This document shows positions 8,986 through 18,345 of a stretch of 64,000 nt of DNA, one piece after another. The position numbers and the translations under genes were made by a program. The stretch comes from Candidatus Amesbacteria bacterium GW2011_GWB1_47_19 (GTDB taxonomy: Bacteria; Patescibacteriota; Microgenomatia; CAZETR01; Amesbacteraceae): positions 26,763 through 90,762 of the forward strand of contig LCNZ01000007.1 of the NCBI GenBank assembly GCA_001002325.1, given 5' to 3'. The notes under the pieces were generated by a model. It was given only the letters and a program-made list of their open reading frames with translations, had not been told where the DNA came from and did not search any database. Every line of letters starts with the position of its first letter. The first letter of the stretch is position 1.

Positions 8986-9572
8986 TCCCGGCTATATTGA
9001 CAGATGATCCGCAGAAGCTGGAAGAGCTGCTGATTGAGACAGAAAAAAGCGGGCGCTTTGAGAGGGTGCAGATTGATTTTGTTGACGGTGAGTATACGAC
9101 GAATAAGAGTGTAGGAGTGGAAGACCTGCCCGCCAGCAGGCAGGGAGTAAGAGGATGGGGGTTAAAACTTGATGCGCATTTGATGGTGATACAGAAGAAT
9201 GTACAGTCGTATTTTGAAGCTGCAAAGCAGGCAGGTTTTGAAAGAATAATTGTGCAGATGGAAAGTGTTTCCCGGCCGGAAGACTATACGGCGCTGGCTT
9301 TGGATATACATTCACCGGTGGAAGCGATTGAACCCTATATTGAGAAATTGGAATATGTGGTGGTGATGGGAATCGAGCCGGGGTTCGGAGGACAAAAGTT
9401 TGATCCGAAAACGATGGAGAAGATTAAGAGGCTAGACAGTTTGAGAGAACAGTCAAAGTTTAAGTTCAGGATTTGCGTGGACGGGGGAGTGCAAAAAGAG
9501 CATCTGGCGGATTTGGAGAAAGCGGGAGCGGATGAAGCGGCGGTGGGAGTAAAGAGGGTGCTGGGATGGTAA
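8976..9572 (+). CDS. rpe: Ribulose-phosphate 3-epimerase
   Basis: DFVDG, DAHLM, MGIEPGFGGQ and VDGG motifs; palindrome insertion at 9125-9144. Confidence 0.93.
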   Translation: MRVVPAILTDDPQKLEELLIETEKSGRFERVQIDFVDGEYTTNKSVGVEDLPASRQGVRGWGLKLDAHLMVIQKNVQSYFEAAKQAGFERIIVQMESVSRPEDYTALALDIHSPVEAIEPYIEKLEYVVVMGIEPGFGGQKFDPKTMEKIKRLDSLREQSKFKFRICVDGGVQKEHLADLEKAGADEAAVGVKRVLGW

Positions 9573-9586
9573 GATAAATAAAGGCT

Positions 9587-10213
9587 ATGGCAAAGATAAA
9601 AATCGCGGAAAAAATCATCAGGACGGTGGTGTGTCTGGGATATGCCGACGCCAAACCGGATGAAGAGCTGTACCATCAGGCTTTCGCGGTGGGAAAAGCC
9701 CTGGCTACTGCCGGGTATATGGTAGCCAACGGCGGGGGTCCGGGAGTGATGCGGGCGACTACGGAGGGAGCCAAGGAAGCAGGCGGAAGAGTGGTGGGGG
9801 TGACATTTTATCCGAAAGACGTGGAAAACTTTGAAGGCCGGGATGAGCATAATCCGATTGACGAGGAAATTAAGACAAAAAACTATCTGGAGAGAACCCT
9901 GAAACTGCTGGATGTTGGTCAGGCGTACCTGATTTTCAAAGGAGGGACGGGAACGATTTCGGAGTTCGGAATGGCGTGGGGTTTGGCCCGGCTGTATTTC
10001 GGGCATCATAAACCATTGATTTTATACGGGAAGTTCTGGGAGAAAATTATGGCCGCTTTCATGTCCAATATGCGGATGCGGCCGGAGGAGTTTCAGGTAT
10101 ACCGGGTGGTGGACAGCCCGGAGGAAGTGATTGTTTCACTGGAACTTTTTGAGCTGATGCTGCGACACGAGAAACATAAATCCAGCCCGGCGGAAAAACC
10201 GTTTGAAATATAA
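9587..10213 (+). CDS. LOG/SLOG family nucleotide phosphoribohydrolase
   Basis: NGGGPGVM and GGTGTISE motifs. Confidence 0.88.
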   Translation: MAKIKIAEKIIRTVVCLGYADAKPDEELYHQAFAVGKALATAGYMVANGGGPGVMRATTEGAKEAGGRVVGVTFYPKDVENFEGRDEHNPIDEEIKTKNYLERTLKLLDVGQAYLIFKGGTGTISEFGMAWGLARLYFGHHKPLILYGKFWEKIMAAFMSNMRMRPEEFQVYRVVDSPEEVIVSLELFELMLRHEKHKSSPAEKPFEI

Positions 10214-10391
10214 TATGCAGACTTTGATCACACTTTTCTTGGCACCGATAATTGCCTGCAGTTTGTCGATCTCGTTGTCCGGTTCGGGCATTATCTGCAT
10301 ACTCGCCCCGCCAAAAACGAAGATTGTTTTAATTTAAATTTGGGCGGGGCTGCGTAAACTGCCCGAAAAGGTGATCCAAAGCCTGCAAAAT

Positions 10392-11252
10392 ATGTTTCTC
10401 ACGGGTGAGCAAATAAAAAATTTAGAATTAAAAGCGAATGAAATCCGGAAGGATATTATTAACATGTTGCTGGCGGCAGGCAGCGGGCATTCGGCCGGGC
10501 CGCTGGGGATGGCGGATGTGTTTTCCGCACTGTATTTTTCCGGGGTACTGAATTGGGAGCCTGCAGATCCATGGAAAGCAGATAGAGATAGAGTTATCCT
10601 GTCTAACGGTCATATCTGCCCGGTGTGGTACGCGACGCTGGCGCATACGGGAGCTTTTTCGCACCAACAACTGGTGACTTTGAGAAAACTGGGAAGTCCA
10701 TTGCAAGGGCATCCGCATTACCGGGAGCTGCCGGGAGTGGAAAATACCGGCGGACCGCTGGGGCAGGGATTGTCGCAGGCGATAGGGCAGGCAATGGCGG
10801 CAAAAATGGACGGGGCCGGTTGGCGGGTGTATTGCCTGATGAGTGACGCGGAAATGCAGGAGGGACAAACGTGGGAGGCGGTGATGTTTGCCGGGAAAAA
10901 CAACCTTTTCAACCTGACGGCGATTGTAGACCGGAATAATATCCAGATTGACGGATATACAGAAGAGGTGATGCCGCTGGAACCGTTGGCGGATAAATGG
11001 AGGGCATTTAACTGGACGGTTTTGGAGGTGGACGGGCATAATATCAGGGAAATAACCGACGCAATCGAGAAGGCTAAAACCATCCGGGAAAATCCGACGG
11101 TGATAATTGCACATACGATTCCCGGCAAGGGAGTGGAGTTTATGGAAGGGGATTTTACCTGGCACGGCAAGCCGCCGAAACCGGAAGAGGGAGTAGTAGC
11201 AATAAAACAACTGCGGACACTGTGGGGGAGAATCAAATCCGAGCAGGAATGA
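10392..11252 (+). CDS. Transketolase, N-terminal (TPP-binding) subunit
   Basis: GSGH, DRVILSNGH, LQGHP and SDAEMQEGQTWEA motifs. Confidence 0.95.
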   Translation: MFLTGEQIKNLELKANEIRKDIINMLLAAGSGHSAGPLGMADVFSALYFSGVLNWEPADPWKADRDRVILSNGHICPVWYATLAHTGAFSHQQLVTLRKLGSPLQGHPHYRELPGVENTGGPLGQGLSQAIGQAMAAKMDGAGWRVYCLMSDAEMQEGQTWEAVMFAGKNNLFNLTAIVDRNNIQIDGYTEEVMPLEPLADKWRAFNWTVLEVDGHNIREITDAIEKAKTIRENPTVIIAHTIPGKGVEFMEGDFTWHGKPPKPEEGVVAIKQLRTLWGRIKSEQE

Positions 11253-11259
11253 GACTTGT

Positions 11260-12780
11260 TTATCGAGCGAGATTGAGGGGAAGGGTGGTTTCCGGAGGGC
11301 AACCGGTTTTGAGGGTGTAGAGGGTGACGGATTCTTCCGAGCCGTAAGGATTGACGAAGTCCTTGACCGGGGTGAGGAAGCGATTGAAACCGGCCTGATA
11401 ATGGTTTTGACCCAGATAATAAACAGGAATGTCAGAACTCAGGCATTCAGCCTGATCGGGAATCGGCGGGAAAAGCTGGCTGTCCAGGTAGCCGGTTTTG
11501 ATCAGAGGGTCGCGGCGGAAGTAGGCGAAAAGAGCGCTGGGAGGATTGCCGGGATTTAAAAAACTGCCGACGAAAACTTGTTGGTTGGGCGGGGGAAGGG
11601 TTTTGACATATTCCAGAGCCTCCCGGGTGGGATAGCCGGTGAAGCTGCAGCAGATATAAACTTCGATGGCCGAGTTTCTGGTAAACCTGGCCAGAGATTT
11701 AAAATAGGCAGGGGGATTGGTCATTTGGAAAAAAATCATGACTGCTGGCAGCAATAAACCGACTGAGAGAACCGGAAAGCGGGATAGTGCCAGGCCGGAA
11801 TAAACGGGGATGAGAATAAGAAAGGGAGAGAGGTAGCGGGGGGAGACAGTACGGACGGACAGGATTTCCAGAAGCAATGGGGAAAGTAACAGTAACAGTA
11901 AAAGTGAATAGTGACGGGATCGACTTATTAAAGACAACAAAACTCCTAATAAAGCCAGGATGAATATAGTTGGGGAGAGCTGGAAGAAGGCGATATCTAG
12001 ATTAGCGATTAAATTTTGGCCCCATTTAAAAAGGGGAAAGCGGAGCATTTCGGAAACTGACAAGGAATATTGACTGTTGGTGGATAAAAATGAAATCCAG
12101 AATTTAGACTGGAAAAGCAGAGGAAAAAGAAGAATGAGGGTGGTTATTAACAGATAAATTGCAAGAGTAAGACGCCATGCCTTGCGGGGGGAGTTAATCG
12201 TTGCCAGCAAATAGTAAATCGTAATAGGGACGATGAATAATAAAGCAGAGGTTTTGATCCAAAAACCAAAGGCGAATAAGGCGCCCAAAGCGACAGTGTA
12301 TTTGAAATGGGAGGCGGCTATCAGACGCAGTAAAAAATATATTGACCAGATGCCCATGGCGGTAACGGCGGATTCAAACAATGCCTGACGGTCGTAAAAG
12401 AAAAAGAGGGGGGACATGAGATATGAGAGAGCAGAAAAGTGGGCGGCGCGTCTGTTAAAAACCAGAAGCGAAACATAGTAGACACCCAAAAGGGCCGCCA
12501 AACCGGTAAATACTGATATAAGACGGCCGGCAATCAGGGGATCGGGGATGATAGTTTCGGCCAGTCCGTAAATCCAGATGTATAACGGCTGTTTGGCGTC
12601 GTAAAGGGAGTGCCAAGGGACACCCAAATGGATAGCCCGCCAGCCCCAGTCCAGATAACTGGCTTCGTCGTTAAAAATCGGGAGAAGAGTAAGATTGATA
12701 ATGCGAGTGATAGTGAATAGTAATAGTATTGGGATTAGGGGGTGTTTTTTAACCTGAGCCGGGAGCATATAATCAATCAT
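11260..12780 (-). CDS. GT-C (ArnT/PMT-like) membrane glycosyltransferase
   Basis: PIFNDEASY, KQPL and YDRQALFES motifs; many TM helices; start uncertain (12780 or 12768). Confidence 0.85.
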   Translation of the reverse strand: MIDYMLPAQVKKHPLIPILLLFTITRIINLTLLPIFNDEASYLDWGWRAIHLGVPWHSLYDAKQPLYIWIYGLAETIIPDPLIAGRLISVFTGLAALLGVYYVSLLVFNRRAAHFSALSYLMSPLFFFYDRQALFESAVTAMGIWSIYFLLRLIAASHFKYTVALGALFAFGFWIKTSALLFIVPITIYYLLATINSPRKAWRLTLAIYLLITTLILLFPLLFQSKFWISFLSTNSQYSLSVSEMLRFPLFKWGQNLIANLDIAFFQLSPTIFILALLGVLLSLISRSRHYSLLLLLLLSPLLLEILSVRTVSPRYLSPFLILIPVYSGLALSRFPVLSVGLLLPAVMIFFQMTNPPAYFKSLARFTRNSAIEVYICCSFTGYPTREALEYVKTLPPPNQQVFVGSFLNPGNPPSALFAYFRRDPLIKTGYLDSQLFPPIPDQAECLSSDIPVYYLGQNHYQAGFNRFLTPVKDFVNPYGSEESVTLYTLKTGCPPETTLPLNLAR

Positions 12781-13818
12781 ATGCCGAAGGGAGTTTTAAA
12801 TCCAAAAGTATTTGAGAAAGATTTGGAGAAGAAAGCTACAAGAGACGGATATGGGCGGGGTTTGATGGAATTGGGGGAGATGAATGAAAAAGTGGTGGTG
12901 CTGACTGGAGATTTGAAGGAGAGTACGCGGGCGGAGGAATTTTTTAAGAAGTATCCGGAAAGAAGCATTGAGTGCGGGGTGGCAGAGCAAAATATGACGG
13001 GAATTGCGGCGGGATTGGCGGCGGCGGGAAAAATTCCGTTTGTGTCTTCGTATGCGGTGTTTTCCCCGGGCAGGGCTTGGGATCAGGTACGCGTTTCGGT
13101 CTGTTATTCCAACCTCAATGTAAAAATCTCCGGAGCACATACCGGGGTATCGGTGGGGCCGGACGGAGCGACGCACCAGGCGTTGGAAGATATTGCCATC
13201 ATGCGGGTACTGCCCAATATGACGGTGGTGGTACCGTGTGATGAGATTGAAACCCGGAAAATGACGCTGGCTGCGGCGTCCTGTCCCGGGCCGGTGTATT
13301 TCCGGTTTGCGAGAGAAAAAACAGCGGTGATTACTACGGAAGAAATGCCATTTGAAATGGGGAGGGCGGAGGTGTATTGGGATTCTGATAATTTTCAATT
13401 TTCAATTTTCAATTTTCAATCAATTTCAAAATTTTCAAATCTCAAAAACCAAATCGCAATAATTGGTTGCGGTCCGTTACTTTATGATTGTTTGGTCGCG
13501 GCGAAGGAACTTCATGGGGAGGGGATAGGGACGATGGTGATCAATAACCATACGGTGAAACCAATGGATGAAAAAACGATTATTGAGGCGGTGGAAAAAT
13601 GCGGGGCGGTGGTGACCGTGGAGGAACATCAGGTGAGCGGGGGGATGGGGTCGGCGGTGGCGGAAGTGCTGGCACGGAATTTACCGACTCCGATGGAATT
13701 TGTAGGGATGCCCGATAAATTCGGGGAATCGGGGGAACCGGGGGAACTGCTGAAAAAATACGGAATGGATGTCGCCTCTATAAAAATGGCCATTAAGAGA
13801 GTATTAGCGAGAAAGTAA
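12781..13818 (+). CDS. Transketolase, C-terminal subunit
   Basis: GVAEQNM, GPDGATHQ and VTVEEH motifs; in-frame 54-nt insertion at 13390-13443. Confidence 0.95.
   Translation: MPKGVLNPKVFEKDLEKKATRDGYGRGLMELGEMNEKVVVLTGDLKESTRAEEFFKKYPERSIECGVAEQNMTGIAAGLAAAGKIPFVSSYAVFSPGRAWDQVRVSVCYSNLNVKISGAHTGVSVGPDGATHQALEDIAIMRVLPNMTVVVPCDEIETRKMTLAAASCPGPVYFRFAREKTAVITTEEMPFEMGRAEVYWDSDNFQFSIFNFQSISKFSNLKNQIAIIGCGPLLYDCLVAAKELHGEGIGTMVINNHTVKPMDEKTIIEAVEKCGAVVTVEEHQVSGGMGSAVAEVLARNLPTPMEFVGMPDKFGESGEPGELLKKYGMDVASIKMAIKRVLARK
13390..13443 (+). repeat. In-frame 54-nt heptamer array (transketolase C subunit)
   Basis: (AATTTTC)4 AATC AATTTCA AAATTTTC AAATCTC. Confidence 0.92.
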
Positions 13819-13859
13819 GGGGCTTGACAGTAAGTAAGGAATATAATATATTGTAAGAT

Positions 13860-14126
13860 ATGACAGGGTTAGTAACGTTATCCTCTAAAAATCAATTCAC
13901 TTTGCCGGTAGGGATTGTGAGAGAATTGGGCTTGAAGAAAGGCAGTCGGTTATGGACCAAGGTGGACGGGGACACTATAACTATAAAGAAAGCGGGGGAT
14001 ACCTGGGATTCTCTTCAGGGATCTTTAAAAGATACCTCACTGACGAAAGGAAAGTCAGTTTTGGAGATTATTGAGTTAGCCGGAAAAATAGAGAGCAAAA
14101 GATTAGCTAAAAAATATGGGGTATAA
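13860..14126 (+). CDS. AbrB/MazE-type antitoxin
   Basis: LSSKNQFTLP..IVRELGL; TTGACA promoter upstream. Confidence 0.85.
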   Translation: MTGLVTLSSKNQFTLPVGIVRELGLKKGSRLWTKVDGDTITIKKAGDTWDSLQGSLKDTSLTKGKSVLEIIELAGKIESKRLAKKYGV

Positions 14127-14505
14127 ATTCATAGATACTAACGTTTTTATAGAAATATTTGCCAGGAAGGGAATCAATTCTGAAAAATCAATAAAGTTAT
14201 TAAAAGAAAATCGGGATTTGATGACTACGAGTTTGGTGATATCTGAAATTGAATGGGTATTGAGGAGTGCATATCTTCTGGACAGACAAGTTATATCAAA
14301 ATATATCGGCAGTGTTTTGTCATCTGATATTATTATAGAAAATAAAAAAACTTTGATAAATACATTGAACTTTTATGGGGCTAATTTAGCGGATTGGGCT
14401 GATTGTTTAAATATGTTTGGCTTAAAGGAAAAGAATATATCCACGGTTTATTCTTATGATAGGGGATTGAACATATATAAATGGATAAAACGAAGGGAGC
14501 CATAA
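14116..14505 (+). CDS. PIN-domain (VapC) toxin
   Basis: FIDTNVF, E, DWADC and YSYD motifs. Confidence 0.88.
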   Translation: MGYKFIDTNVFIEIFARKGINSEKSIKLLKENRDLMTTSLVISEIEWVLRSAYLLDRQVISKYIGSVLSSDIIIENKKTLINTLNFYGANLADWADCLNMFGLKEKNISTVYSYDRGLNIYKWIKRREP

Positions 14506-14515
14506 TCAGGACAGG

Positions 14516-15355
14516 TTATTTGAGTTTATTGATACAATCCAAGTAGTCGGGGGTTTGGGTCCAGCCGCATATACCGTTGGTTTGTTTCTCGCACACAGAG
14601 TGTTTAAGGCAGTTGTACTCTTCTTTGAAAATGCAAATAGAAATGGCAGGTTCGGTACCGGTATCCTGGCAAATTTCACCACTGCAGCCCCCGGTGATGC
14701 AATCCCGTCCACCGGGGGGTTCGGCTTCCTGCGCGGTATCTGATAATTTAATAGTGGAGAGGATTTGGTCGTATAAAGAAAATACTCCGGGATCATCGCT
14801 GTAATATTCAAAAATGTAAAATTTACCGTTATATTGCGTTATATATTTGACGGGTCCGCCCCAAGTATCAGGTTCGGTAGCCAGAAAAACCATATCCCGG
14901 CCATTGCCATAGATGACTTTGAGAGCAGGCTGGCCGTCCAGGGTGGCAGGGGTGATGGAAGTGATATCCTTATCATCGGCCAACTCTATCTGTTGGTAGT
15001 CTGAAAGGTTTTTGACAGGGTCTTTTCCCATGTAATATTGCTGCAGTTTTTTTCTGTCCGTAATTGTCAAATATAATCCACTTAAAGAAAATCCGCCAAC
15101 TGATTTTTCGTGAAAGGAGATTTGATGAGGAAGGGTGGTGCCGGGATCGGATTCTTCCCAGTCGAAATAGTTAGGGGGGATTTTGAGTTCAAAACCAAAA
15201 GCTTCGCTGTTGTATATTTTCCAGTCAGATGAAGGGGCACCTTTCTTTGCTGATTGCTGCGGAGGTGAATTATGCCGATAAAAAAGAATAATAAAGGCGG
15301 AAATAAAAATAGTATAAATGAGCAGGTAAGAAAAGAATTTCTTGGGAACGGGCAT
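14516..15355 (-). CDS. Membrane-anchored protein with a C-terminal cysteine-cluster domain
   Basis: CITGGCSGEIC...C..C..CGW; start chosen from TATACT 6 nt before the ATG at 15355. Confidence 0.75.
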   Translation of the reverse strand: MPVPKKFFSYLLIYTIFISAFIILFYRHNSPPQQSAKKGAPSSDWKIYNSEAFGFELKIPPNYFDWEESDPGTTLPHQISFHEKSVGGFSLSGLYLTITDRKKLQQYYMGKDPVKNLSDYQQIELADDKDITSITPATLDGQPALKVIYGNGRDMVFLATEPDTWGGPVKYITQYNGKFYIFEYYSDDPGVFSLYDQILSTIKLSDTAQEAEPPGGRDCITGGCSGEICQDTGTEPAISICIFKEEYNCLKHSVCEKQTNGICGWTQTPDYLDCINKLK

Positions 15356-15398
15356 AGTTTGAGTATATAATAAGCCGAGAGATTGGTGGTGATAGATA

Positions 15399-15644
15399 AT
15401 GGCGGTTAAAAAGAGCAACAAAGAAACAAGTGACAAAATGGCAGAGGTTAAGTGGCCGAAAAAGTCTGAAAAATGGATGAATCTGGGATGGTCGCTCCTT
15501 CTATTGGGAGGACTGGCACATATGCTCCCGGAGCAGATGGCGCCGCTTTTGAAATGGTCGCTGTACGGAATTTCTCTGCAAATGGCGGTGGGAGTGCTGT
15601 CCGTAATCGTGGCGCTGTACTATTTGCTGGGTGAGGAGGAATAA
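15399..15644 (+). CDS. Small two-TM membrane protein
   Basis: Basic N-terminus followed by two hydrophobic helices. Confidence 0.65.
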   Translation: MAVKKSNKETSDKMAEVKWPKKSEKWMNLGWSLLLLGGLAHMLPEQMAPLLKWSLYGISLQMAVGVLSVIVALYYLLGEEE

Positions 15645-15806
15645 CTGTTTTTGTGGCGCATTCGGGGTAAGCGACTGCAGGTGCTCACCTCCCTCTCGTC
15701 CGCTAAGCGGACTCCGCGGACCCGTTGCGCTCCTGTTCGCATACCCCTGCATGCGCAATAAAGGGGACATCTCCATCTGCTCGTTGGGTTGATATAATGC
15801 GGCATT

Positions 15807-16523
15807 ATGGGACAGATTGAAGAATTGCGCAGGGCCATAAATAAAAACGGCTGGCGGGGTATAGGTATGGATATAGATCATACGATTTGCGACTCCGGAC
15901 CTGTTTGGGACGTTCCGATGCAACAGTTATGTGAGAAAGTCGCCCGGGAATGCGGGGTATCCGATGAGGAAATATGGAGACAATGGAGGAACATGAACGA
16001 CGCTATGTACTTGACTACCGGTGGGGTACACCCACGCAAGTATCACCTGATGGCCAGTAAGATAGCTCATGATTACAATTTGGACCCAGGACAGACAAGA
16101 CAGTGGGCAGGAGAAATGAGACGGAAGATATATACGGCAGTTCCTGATTTATATCCCGGAACCCGAGAAACTATAGCTACTCTTAAAGAAGCCGGATTGC
16201 AGCAGGTGTTTGTGACACACGCTCCTCCCGGTCTAAATAAGTTAAGAATGAAGACTTGGGGATTTGAGAATACGCGAGTTTTTTCGGAATCGACTTTAAG
16301 AAAAAAGGATTATCGGGTTTGGGCGCAGGTTATTAGTAGTCTAAATATATTTCCATGGGAGATGGTAGCAGTGGGTGATAGTTGGCCTGGGGATATGCAG
16401 GCGGCTCGCGATGCAGGAATAGAAGCCAGGGTTTGGGTAAAACCGAAATGGGAGATATTGAGGGGGGATTATGCGGGAGAGAAGGTGCCGACTATTGAAC
16501 AAATGTCTACTTTTGGCCTATGA
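15807..16523 (+). CDS. HAD-family hydrolase
   Basis: DIDHTICD motif I; VGDSWPGDMQAARDAG motif IV. Confidence 0.85.
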   Translation: MGQIEELRRAINKNGWRGIGMDIDHTICDSGPVWDVPMQQLCEKVARECGVSDEEIWRQWRNMNDAMYLTTGGVHPRKYHLMASKIAHDYNLDPGQTRQWAGEMRRKIYTAVPDLYPGTRETIATLKEAGLQQVFVTHAPPGLNKLRMKTWGFENTRVFSESTLRKKDYRVWAQVISSLNIFPWEMVAVGDSWPGDMQAARDAGIEARVWVKPKWEILRGDYAGEKVPTIEQMSTFGL

Positions 16524-17247
16524 CCAGGGGATGGAGCACGGGCCGACGGATTTCAGTGATGAAAATGTTGATCCGGCGGCAATAGAGAAGATTGCTAAAG
16601 ACGCGGGGGTGTTTACGGGGATAGTATTTCAGGCGGGAATAGCGGAAAAGTACCGGAGTGATCAGCTACCACCCCTGGTGGTGAAACTGAACGGGAAGAC
16701 GGGGTTTCATAAGAAGGAGGAGCCGGTTTCACTGCAGTTGTGCAGTGTGGAAAGGGCGATGGAGTTGGGGGCGACGGCGGTGGGATATACGATTTATGTG
16801 GGGAGCGAGCATGAGGAAGAAATGATGAAGGAATTCGGGAAAATAGTGGAGGAAGCACATGAGAAAGATTTGCCGGTGGTGGCCTGGATGTACCCGCGGG
16901 GTAAACATATTGAGGAGATAGAGAAGAGAGATAGGGATAGAGGAGATAAAAAAGAAATGAATGAAACTATTGCATATGCGGCGAGACTAGGACTGGAGCT
17001 GGGGGCGGATATGGTGAAACTACCGTTTACGGGAGATACCCAAAGTTTTTCCTGGGTGGTAAAGTCTGCCGGAAAAACGCGAGTGGTGGTACAGGGGGGA
17101 GGGAAGAAAGAGGAGGGAGAGTTTCTGGAGGAAGTAAGACAGATAATGGACAGCGGGGCGGCGGGAATGGCGGTGGGGAGGAATGTATGGCAACATCCGG
17201 ATCCGGTGGGGATTGCCAAGAAAGTAGCACAAATAATTTGGGGATGA
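16471..17247 (+). CDS. Class I fructose-bisphosphate aldolase (DhnA/FbaB type)
   Basis: LAYDQGMEHGP, KLNGK, WMYPRG, GADMVK and GRNVWQ motifs; exact start uncertain. Confidence 0.92.
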   Translation: MRERRCRLLNKCLLLAYDQGMEHGPTDFSDENVDPAAIEKIAKDAGVFTGIVFQAGIAEKYRSDQLPPLVVKLNGKTGFHKKEEPVSLQLCSVERAMELGATAVGYTIYVGSEHEEEMMKEFGKIVEEAHEKDLPVVAWMYPRGKHIEEIEKRDRDRGDKKEMNETIAYAARLGLELGADMVKLPFTGDTQSFSWVVKSAGKTRVVVQGGGKKEEGEFLEEVRQIMDSGAAGMAVGRNVWQHPDPVGIAKKVAQIIWG

Positions 17248-17324
17248 CGGGGCTCGGCGTCCGGCTGCGATGCTATTTGCTGGGATACCTGTGCGCCGGA
17301 TTACCAAGATGTTATAAATAATAT

Positions 17325-18311
17325 ATGAAGTATGATGCCATTTCATTAGGGCCGGTGAGGATGGATGTGTTTGTGCAACTGCCGGAAGATGAAGTGACGG
17401 AAATGTGCAGTCTGGACCGGAAACGGTGCATGATAGAGTTGGGGTTTGGGGAAAAAATTGCGGTTAACGGAGTGGAGTTCGCCATTGGCGGGAACGCCGG
17501 GAATTTTGCTGTAGGATTGGCGCGGCTGGGCAGGAAAACCGCACTATTGGGGGCGGTGGGGGACGGATGGACGGATAAGCGGGCGGTGGAAATTTTAGCG
17601 GGCGAGGGAGTGGAGATCAAATATGTGCAGGAGAAACCCGGGCAGATGGGATTCGGGGTGGTGATCGGCTATCTGGGGGAGAGGACAATATTGTCGTATT
17701 ATTCACACTCGGTAAATGAATGGCCGGAGGATCCGGAACTGGATGCGGAGTGGGTGTATATAACCTCGATGGGTAAAGGATATGAACCGTTTTACCAAAA
17801 GGCTGTGGAATGGGCTAAAGTTCACAATGCCAGAATCGGTTTTAATCCCGGGACCAGGCAGATTAAAGCCGGATTGGAACCGTTGCGATATGTATATGCG
17901 GCAACGGAAGTGCTGTTTGTAAATAAGGAAGAGGCGGCAGAAGTACTGGGGATGCAGGACCAGGCGACGGAGGTCAAGGAATTATTGAAGAGACTTCATG
18001 AAACCGGGCCGAAGGTAGTGATAATAACCGACGGTATGGGCGGATCTTTTGCGTATGACGGAAATAAATTTTTGCATACGCCGATTGTGGAGGCACCGGT
18101 GGTGGAGAGAACCGGAGCGGGGGATGCATTCGGGTCGGGATTTTTGGCGGCGCATATGCAGGGGAAACCGATTGCAGAGGCGATGAAATGGGGGACGGTA
18201 AATTCGGCGTCCGTTCTGGGATTCGTCGGGCCACAGGCGGGTCTTTTGAATCCGGAAAAACTGGGAGAGTGGCTGGAAAAGAATAGAGACATAACGGTAA
18301 CGGAGATTTAG
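17325..18311 (+). CDS. PfkB-family carbohydrate kinase
   Basis: GGNAGN and TGAGDAF motifs. Confidence 0.93.
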   Translation: MKYDAISLGPVRMDVFVQLPEDEVTEMCSLDRKRCMIELGFGEKIAVNGVEFAIGGNAGNFAVGLARLGRKTALLGAVGDGWTDKRAVEILAGEGVEIKYVQEKPGQMGFGVVIGYLGERTILSYYSHSVNEWPEDPELDAEWVYITSMGKGYEPFYQKAVEWAKVHNARIGFNPGTRQIKAGLEPLRYVYAATEVLFVNKEEAAEVLGMQDQATEVKELLKRLHETGPKVVIITDGMGGSFAYDGNKFLHTPIVEAPVVERTGAGDAFGSGFLAAHMQGKPIAEAMKWGTVNSASVLGFVGPQAGLLNPEKLGEWLEKNRDITVTEI

Positions 18312-18341
18312 TTGACATCATAGCATTACGATGCTATGATG
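18312..18341 (+). promoter_or_regulatory. Sigma70 promoter overlapped by a palindromic operator
   Basis: TTGACA-17-TATGAT; perfect inverted repeat CATCATAGCAT-tacg-ATGCTATGATG at 18316-18341. Confidence 0.85.
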
Positions 18342-18345
18342 CAGT

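Noticed and set aside
13390-13443. Heptamer inserts as introns or frameshift errors
   Set aside because: All keep the reading frame and show no splice or ribozyme motifs; removal from RNA is not excluded without transcript data.
17250-17305. TCCGGC...GCCGGA hairpin after the aldolase gene
   Set aside because: Short stem, single copy, no further support.
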